A stretch of DNA of 64,000 nucleotides from Phycisphaerae bacterium (GTDB lineage: Bacteria; Planctomycetota; Phycisphaerae; UBA1845). The position numbers and the translations under genes were made by a program. The stretch covers positions 1,472,001 through 1,536,000 of the forward strand of contig CAXXGO010000001.1 of the NCBI GenBank assembly GCA_963666835.2, written 5' to 3'. Under the pieces are notes generated by a model that saw only the letters and a program-made list of their open reading frames with translations, had not been told where the DNA came from and did not search any database. Positions 58,429 to 64,000 of this stretch are shown here, one piece after another (within the stretch, counting starts at the first letter, position 1; each line of letters opens with the position of its first letter).

Positions 58429-59745
58429 GTGCCATACTCGACATGGCCTATAGCCTTGGCAGTGGCAATCGCCGCCCACCTCATTGCGCCGGCGGTGCAG
58501 GCTGAAGATCGCGTTGCGAGTCCGGAGAAGACCGCCGAAGCGCACGCCCGGCTTGCGAAGGCACCTGGATTCGCCGAGCGCGATCGGCTCACCGGGGATT
58601 GGGGCGGCACTCGAACGTGGCTTGAGGAGCGCGGGATAGAAGTGGGCGTGTTCCTGACAACCATCTTCCAGCAGAACGTCCATGGGGGCCTGCAGACCCA
58701 TAACGGGCACCGCATAAGCGGTAGCGCAGATTACGAGATCACCCTCGACTTGGAAACGATGGGGATTCTGCCGGGCGCCACCATTGTCATGTCCGCGGAA
58801 AGCACGTGGAACGATGAGATAGGCGCCGACCGAGTCGGCAGCCTGCTTCCCGTCAACTACGACGGGGGAGGTGATCGGTCAATCGTCGTCGTTGAGGCTT
58901 GGTTTGAGCAGAAGTTCTGGGACGACAAGGCCCGTTTGAAGATCGGCAGAGTCGATATCGGGGCCGACATGGATACGAACAAGTACGCCAACGACGAAAC
59001 CTCGCAGTTTCTGAACCTCGCCCTGCGAAACACCTGCAACATACCCTCGCCTGGAATCGCAATCGTCGCTGAGCTGGTTCTGGAGCCGTGGGATCAGATG
59101 TACGTGGCCCTAGGCGTCGCTGATGCCGAATCGGATGTGCGAGAGACCGGCCTGAACACCGCGTTCCACGACAGCGACTACTTCCTTAGCGGAGTGGAGA
59201 TGGGGCTTAAACCGGAATGGACGACGTCGCGCGGCATCCTCCCGGGCAACTACCGCTTGGGCGTCTGGTATGATCCTCAACCCAAGGAAATGCATCTCGA
59301 TCGCCCTGGCCGGCTCCAACGGGAGGTCCGTCTTAAACGCGATGATATCGGGTTGTATTTGAGCTTGGACCAGTTGCTGTACGACGAGAGCCCGGACGAT
59401 GACGGGGACGAGCAGGGCTTCGGCATGTTCGGCCGCTATGGTTACGCCCATGAAGACGCCAATACCATCGAGCATTTCTGGAGCGTGGGCTGCCAATATC
59501 AGGGACTGATCCCGGAACGCGACGACGACGTGCTCGGGTTCGGGTTTGCGCAGTCGATAATTAGTGACAAGCTGCGGCACTCGACCGGCATGAGCCGCGA
59601 GACCGTTTGGGAATTGTACTACAACGCCCAAGTCAGTCCTTGGCTGTCGATCACCTCCGATTTCCAGTACATCATGGACCCCGGTGCCGACCGTGACGCA
59701 CGGGACGCCTTTGTCGCGGGCATTCGCGTGCAAATGTCCTTCTAA
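58429..59745 (+). CDS. OprB-family carbohydrate porin
   Basis: LTGDWGG.RT.L...G, ET..ELYY..Q.SPWL.I..D.QY..DPG, C-terminal F; start moved to GTG after GGGAGA. Confidence 0.9.
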   Translation: MPYSTWPIALAVAIAAHLIAPAVQAEDRVASPEKTAEAHARLAKAPGFAERDRLTGDWGGTRTWLEERGIEVGVFLTTIFQQNVHGGLQTHNGHRISGSADYEITLDLETMGILPGATIVMSAESTWNDEIGADRVGSLLPVNYDGGGDRSIVVVEAWFEQKFWDDKARLKIGRVDIGADMDTNKYANDETSQFLNLALRNTCNIPSPGIAIVAELVLEPWDQMYVALGVADAESDVRETGLNTAFHDSDYFLSGVEMGLKPEWTTSRGILPGNYRLGVWYDPQPKEMHLDRPGRLQREVRLKRDDIGLYLSLDQLLYDESPDDDGDEQGFGMFGRYGYAHEDANTIEHFWSVGCQYQGLIPERDDDVLGFGFAQSIISDKLRHSTGMSRETVWELYYNAQVSPWLSITSDFQYIMDPGADRDARDAFVAGIRVQMSF

Positions 59746-60020
59746 TGCCGTTTTCGCCAAGGTCGTCGAAGCTCCTTCCCGCCCCTTAACGGGAGGGGAT
59801 CGAGGGGGGTGTATTCCCATGAAGAACAGCCTCCCCCGGCGGTAGCACACCTGGTTTGCGCACAACAGCGCCCCCCACGCCACGCTTATCGGTCGATCGC
59901 ACAACTCTTCACGACGCTACCCCGGGCACTACAGTGGATGTCGGCCGGTGATCCGCCTATCGTCCAATGGCGGGTCGCGTAACAAACCTGCCGCCGAGCC
60001 TTGGAAGGAGGCTTACCACC

Positions 60021-60455
60021 ATGACAATGCAGCGTAGGGACATTATACAAACGGCGCTGGCTGTTGCCTGTTTGAGCCTGGCGTCCTGCACGACCGGGCA
60101 CCGAGACACTGCGGTCACGCAGGTTTCCCCGCGAATGACCGAGATTTCCTCCCTCTATCGGACGGTTACGGCCCACCACCGTCGCCCGTTCAGAAAACCG
60201 ACTCGAGATCGGCATGATCGGGCTCTGCGTCTGCTGTCAGAGAGAACCGCCGTTGTCCTGGGAGAGTACGCTACCCCGAACGAGCAACCGCATCTGACGG
60301 CCGCCCGCGAAACCGAGACTGCGGTCGACCGAAACGAAACGGATTCCTTCCACGCCGCGTTACAGAGGCTCAAGACTGCCGCGGACAACGCAGACCTTGC
60401 GGCCATACGCTTAGCTTACGCCGACGCCATGGAATCTTATCGGCGCCTTCACTAA
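60021..60455 (+). CDS. Putative lipoprotein
   Basis: AAGGAGG RBS; lipobox-like LAS-C. Confidence 0.65.
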   Translation: MTMQRRDIIQTALAVACLSLASCTTGHRDTAVTQVSPRMTEISSLYRTVTAHHRRPFRKPTRDRHDRALRLLSERTAVVLGEYATPNEQPHLTAARETETAVDRNETDSFHAALQRLKTAADNADLAAIRLAYADAMESYRRLH

Positions 60456-60504
60456 CGCGGTTCCCGGAGTCGGTCGTAGCAACCGCCGACGTGTAGGGTA
60501 GGAC

Positions 60505-60752
60505 GGTAGACCAGGTGATTCACCTGCCTTTACCGCAATCTTCATGCGGTCACAATGCCGGGTGCCGGGTGCCATGGCCCACGCTTGCGTGGCCATGCGG
60601 TTTGGTAGACCAGGTCTCGTTCCTCGACCGTGCCCTACCTGACTATCAAGAGGCTCAAACCAGGTGATTCACCTGCCTTCACCGCAATCTTCATGCGGTC
60701 ACAATGCCCACGTCAACACAAATGGTAAAGGCAGGTCGACGACCTGGTCTAC
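60505..60752 (-). repeat. Compound REP cluster: half and full family A REPIN (inverted) plus families B and C
   Basis: 60660-60752 is the reverse complement of the 24276-type element; 60567-60598 is family C; 60604-60639 is family B. Confidence 0.88.
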
Positions 60753-60843
60753 GAAGCTGCTCAAGAGCAGTGGCACACCCGAAACCCCGTTGTGACGTTG
60801 CCGGGGTCTGGCCTGGACACCGGACAGGCCGTAGTCTTTCCCG

Positions 60844-61752
60844 ATGGCACGTAGCACGCACACAAGGCGCGTCTGCCGGTATTCGCTCGGGCGGCGGTTG
60901 GGGCAGAGCTTTCGCCCAAGCCGATCACGGTTCGCGACTGTCGCCGCCGCGTTGGTGGCGGTAACCGGCTGTGGCGACATCGGCTTATTCGCCCCGGCGC
61001 CGTTGTTTACGGTGCCGCTGGCGGTTGAAGGTCGGGATGTCGGCGATGCGGTGATCGACACGGGCGGGGCGTACGAAGTTCTGCTCCGCGACGATTTCGG
61101 GCTGGCGATCGTTGACGAGGTTGAGGTGCTCGTGTTCGGCGGGACCGAGTCGGTCGGCCTGACGGAGGCCTTCGCCTATACGGTGGGGGGCGTTCGTTCC
61201 ACGGCCGATGGGGCGATTGTGGGGATCTCCACCTGCGACTGCAACGGCTTGGGCGTCGAGTTCTTCCGCAAGAGCGACATTGTGTTGGGGATCGGATTCT
61301 CGGAGTGGGGGGCGGCGTTTCTTTCCAGCGTGCCCGGCGGTGGGGGGGCTACGTTCGGATTCGCGGCCCCGCCGGCGCGGTTCGCGGATTTCGATAGTGT
61401 CTTCTTGGACGTCGACGTTGAGGTGCAGGGCGTGTCGCGCCGGATGACCGGCTTGCTCGATACGGGAGCGGCGATGACCGTCATGCGGGCGGAACTTGCG
61501 GGCGAGCTGGGGCTGATATGGCAGAACTCCGTGCCGGCTCAGGTAACGAACGAGCACCTCGGCACCGCCAACATCCGGGTAGGGCTCTTCGAGACGGCCG
61601 ACCTGCCCGACATGATCCTGGGGACCGACATCATGCAAGCCTGGGGCGACCGCTGGTACTTCCAGTTCTCGCAAGTCGGCGGCACCGTCACCGTGTTTGA
61701 GGAACCGGGCAGTCTCATCCCTGACACGCCGGTGTCAGTAGCTGCGTACTAG
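60844..61752 (+). CDS. Two-domain retropepsin-like aspartyl protease, probable lipoprotein
   Basis: VTG-C lipobox; VIDTGG and LLDTGA motifs, followed by GLG and ILG.D. Confidence 0.75.
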   Translation: MARSTHTRRVCRYSLGRRLGQSFRPSRSRFATVAAALVAVTGCGDIGLFAPAPLFTVPLAVEGRDVGDAVIDTGGAYEVLLRDDFGLAIVDEVEVLVFGGTESVGLTEAFAYTVGGVRSTADGAIVGISTCDCNGLGVEFFRKSDIVLGIGFSEWGAAFLSSVPGGGGATFGFAAPPARFADFDSVFLDVDVEVQGVSRRMTGLLDTGAAMTVMRAELAGELGLIWQNSVPAQVTNEHLGTANIRVGLFETADLPDMILGTDIMQAWGDRWYFQFSQVGGTVTVFEEPGSLIPDTPVSVAAY

Positions 61753-61832
61753 GAGGGGGGGCCCCGGTGAGGCAATGGTGCATCCGGCAGTGCCGCGGAG
61801 CGTAGCGGCTACTCTCGGCGGGCGGTCGAGGA

Positions 61833-64000
61833 TCAGCCCTGCCTAAGGTCCTCGATGCTCCGTAACAGAATCTCCTTCGTTTGCCCGGGTGGCAGGCCAG
61901 GAAGCAACTCTCGCAGTTCCTTCAGTTGCGCCTCTCTTTTCGGTAGGTCGTTCTTCTCCTTGGCGCGGGCGTACAAGTCGGCCATCAGCAGTGCGAAGAA
62001 CTCCTGAACGTCATTGTTCTCCGGATTGTTCTCTTTGAGCGTCTTGAGTTCCTTGATAAGTTGGACTCCTTGCGGGAGGCCATGTTCCTTCATGACGTGT
62101 GCGATCTTTCGACCTAGGGCGATGGCAAGTCGGTCCTGTACTACGCCGTCTTCCGGATTATCCTCACTGAGTGTTCTGAGTTCACCGATTAGATGATCTC
62201 TACGCGCGAGATCATTCTTATCTTCGGCGCTGACGCACGCGTTGAACAGGCCTTTGGCCAGGCATTCCCGTACGGTGTTGTTCTCGATGTTGTTAGCTGC
62301 GAGTGTTCTCAGTTGAGCAATCAGTTGATCTCCCTGACCGAGGTTGTTCTCCTCTTTGATGAAGAGGCCCATGTTGACCAGGCTCATGGCGAGGCATTCC
62401 TGTACGGTGTTGTTTGCCGGGTAGTGTCTTGCGAGCTTTCTGAGCCCGTCGAACAGTTGATCTACTTGCTCGACGCAGTTTCCTCGTATCGAATCGGCGT
62501 TAAGATTGTACAGGCCCATGGCCACCATCTCCGCCACGCCAGGTGTCGTTGCGGCCAAACCGGCCGACGCTCTTAGGTACGGACACGCTGAGGATGTCTT
62601 GCTTCCGATTTCGGACGGTCGTAGCAGGCTTGCGGCGGCGACGCACAGCCCGGCGTATGGCGCCGTCAAGACCTGGTCGGGCGCAATCAGCCCGAGTTGC
62701 CGCAGTGCTTCGGCGTACGGGACTACTCTTGGTTCAGCGGTGCTAACTTGGGATGCTAGCTCGACGGCGAGCGACTCGGCTTCCTCTCTGGCGAAGGGGC
62801 GGTATCGCTCATCGGTGAAGATGAGGCTGCGCGCGGCATCGTACCGCGTCTTGTGACCGTAGGTCGGTACGCGGGGGGCACGCGCATCTTCCTCCAATAG
62901 GCCGCTTGATTGCAGGTCGGCCAGCGGCGACTCGGCCATGCCGTTGAGGAGAATCGAGCTGAGTGGCCCGAAGTCCTCCTCGGTTTGGAACTCGGGCAGC
63001 AAGGCCAGGCGGATGGCGTACCGCAGAGCGGGCTCGGCAGTCTTCTTCAAGTCACCGAGTCGCGCAGCCAGCTCGGGGTATCGGTGCGCGTGGGCGTCCC
63101 GGGCGATGCCGGCGAGGTCCTCTTTGCTCGCGGGGGTTTGGTCGGGTAAGCCCTGCGAGGCGACCCATCGGTCGATGACGCCGGCGTGGCCGCCGATTAG
63201 CTCCAGAAGTCGATCATTTGGAATGCCCACCGTTGCGGGCACCCTATCGTTGAGGAACTGGGCGAGCGCGTCGATCTCGTCCAAATCGCCGGTGAGGTGC
63301 AGGCCCGGCAAGTCCCAGACGGTGGCTGCCATCGAGGCAGCGGCCAGTCGCTTGGCGCTAAGGAGGGCCTCAGACTCCTTCTCGTTGGCGTCGGGCTTGC
63401 GTGCGGCCAGGAGAATGTGGCAATGGGGCCACTGGTCCAGTCGGCTGAGGAATCGCTCCAAGGTGCCGGCTTCGACCTGCGTCCCACCGCTTTGTTCGAA
63501 GGCGTCGAGGATCAGTACAAAACGCTTGTCCTCACCCGATAGATGGTCCAATAGCCACATAAGATCATGGGCCTGGTCGTAATCGAGGACGGGGAGGTTG
63601 ATACCGCCGGAGAGTAGATCGCGGTTGACCGTGTGGAGACCGTTGAAAAAGCCGCGGACGAGATCACCCATGCCTGCGGCGCCGGTCTGGCCTTCAAGGA
63701 TCTTGCCGAGGGCGCCGCCGATCGTCTTGCCGCCTCGGGTGATGAGGGTGTCCTTGTTCTGATTCCAGATGGCCTGGGCCTGTTTCAGGTAGGAGGCGTC
63801 CGACAGCCAGCGCGTATAGAGGTCTTTGAGGCTCCTCAGGAGCAGGTCGGCGTATTGCCCGGTGGACTCGGCGTACCCGACCAGGGTGTTGTCCGTATTG
63901 GCGAGTTCGTCGCGGAGAGTCTCCAGAAGCCAGGTCTTGCCCGATTGTGGGCGGCCGACGATTGTGGTAAGGCCTTTGTTGGCCGCCCGGTTGTGCAGGT
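61833..64000 (-). CDS. P-loop (STAND-like) ATPase with C-terminal helical repeats, 5' end outside the window
   Basis: Frame open from the window end into the 63671 ORF; Walker A GRPQSGKT (~63935-63958), Walker B FVLILDAFE; ~42-aa repeats LR.L....P.N..V.E.LA. Confidence 0.8.
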   Translation of the reverse strand, partial: LHNRAANKGLTTIVGRPQSGKTWLLETLRDELANTDNTLVGYAESTGQYADLLLRSLKDLYTRWLSDASYLKQAQAIWNQNKDTLITRGGKTIGGALGKILEGQTGAAGMGDLVRGFFNGLHTVNRDLLSGGINLPVLDYDQAHDLMWLLDHLSGEDKRFVLILDAFEQSGGTQVEAGTLERFLSRLDQWPHCHILLAARKPDANEKESEALLSAKRLAAASMAATVWDLPGLHLTGDLDEIDALAQFLNDRVPATVGIPNDRLLELIGGHAGVIDRWVASQGLPDQTPASKEDLAGIARDAHAHRYPELAARLGDLKKTAEPALRYAIRLALLPEFQTEEDFGPLSSILLNGMAESPLADLQSSGLLEEDARAPRVPTYGHKTRYDAARSLIFTDERYRPFAREEAESLAVELASQVSTAEPRVVPYAEALRQLGLIAPDQVLTAPYAGLCVAAASLLRPSEIGSKTSSACPYLRASAGLAATTPGVAEMVAMGLYNLNADSIRGNCVEQVDQLFDGLRKLARHYPANNTVQECLAMSLVNMGLFIKEENNLGQGDQLIAQLRTLAANNIENNTVRECLAKGLFNACVSAEDKNDLARRDHLIGELRTLSEDNPEDGVVQDRLAIALGRKIAHVMKEHGLPQGVQLIKELKTLKENNPENNDVQEFFALLMADLYARAKEKNDLPKREAQLKELRELLPGLPPGQTKEILLRSIEDLRQG

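Overview
High-GC bacterial window, probably Planctomycetota (likely Phycisphaerae). This is inferred from the EDGPTAVEYA Flp leader, GACC cysteine repeats, a dockerin-like module and many CxxCGYxL..RCPECG zinc-ribbon membrane proteins. There are four blocks. (1) 1-17.1 kb, minus strand: a polymorphic Rhs toxin locus. One 2255-aa Rhs has a Sec-type leader, Cys-rich repeats and a ~220-aa dockerin-like domain inserted into the YD-repeat shell. It is followed by four orphan core+toxin modules (REase-like, Ntox37-like, two Ntox24-like) and at least nine candidate immunity genes. (2) 17.6-25.7 kb: a co-oriented array of ten small membrane-protein genes, seven with a zinc ribbon, punctuated by GTAG-headed REP/REPIN palindromes. 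It includes a recent ~240-bp duplication that puts one identical zinc-ribbon tail on two unrelated N-termini. (3) 26-60 kb: mostly housekeeping and envelope genes (ribH-nusB-ftsY, ECF sigma/anti-sigma/PDZ, a Tad/Flp pilus locus with two TadG-vWA paralogs, AmmeMemo B-lpxK-gmhB, HU, rnr, OprB porin). (4) 60-64 kb: REP cluster, aspartyl-protease lipoprotein and a truncated STAND-like ATPase. No rRNA, tRNA, CRISPR array, integrase or transposase was recognised. Family names come from motif recognition by eye, not from database searches.
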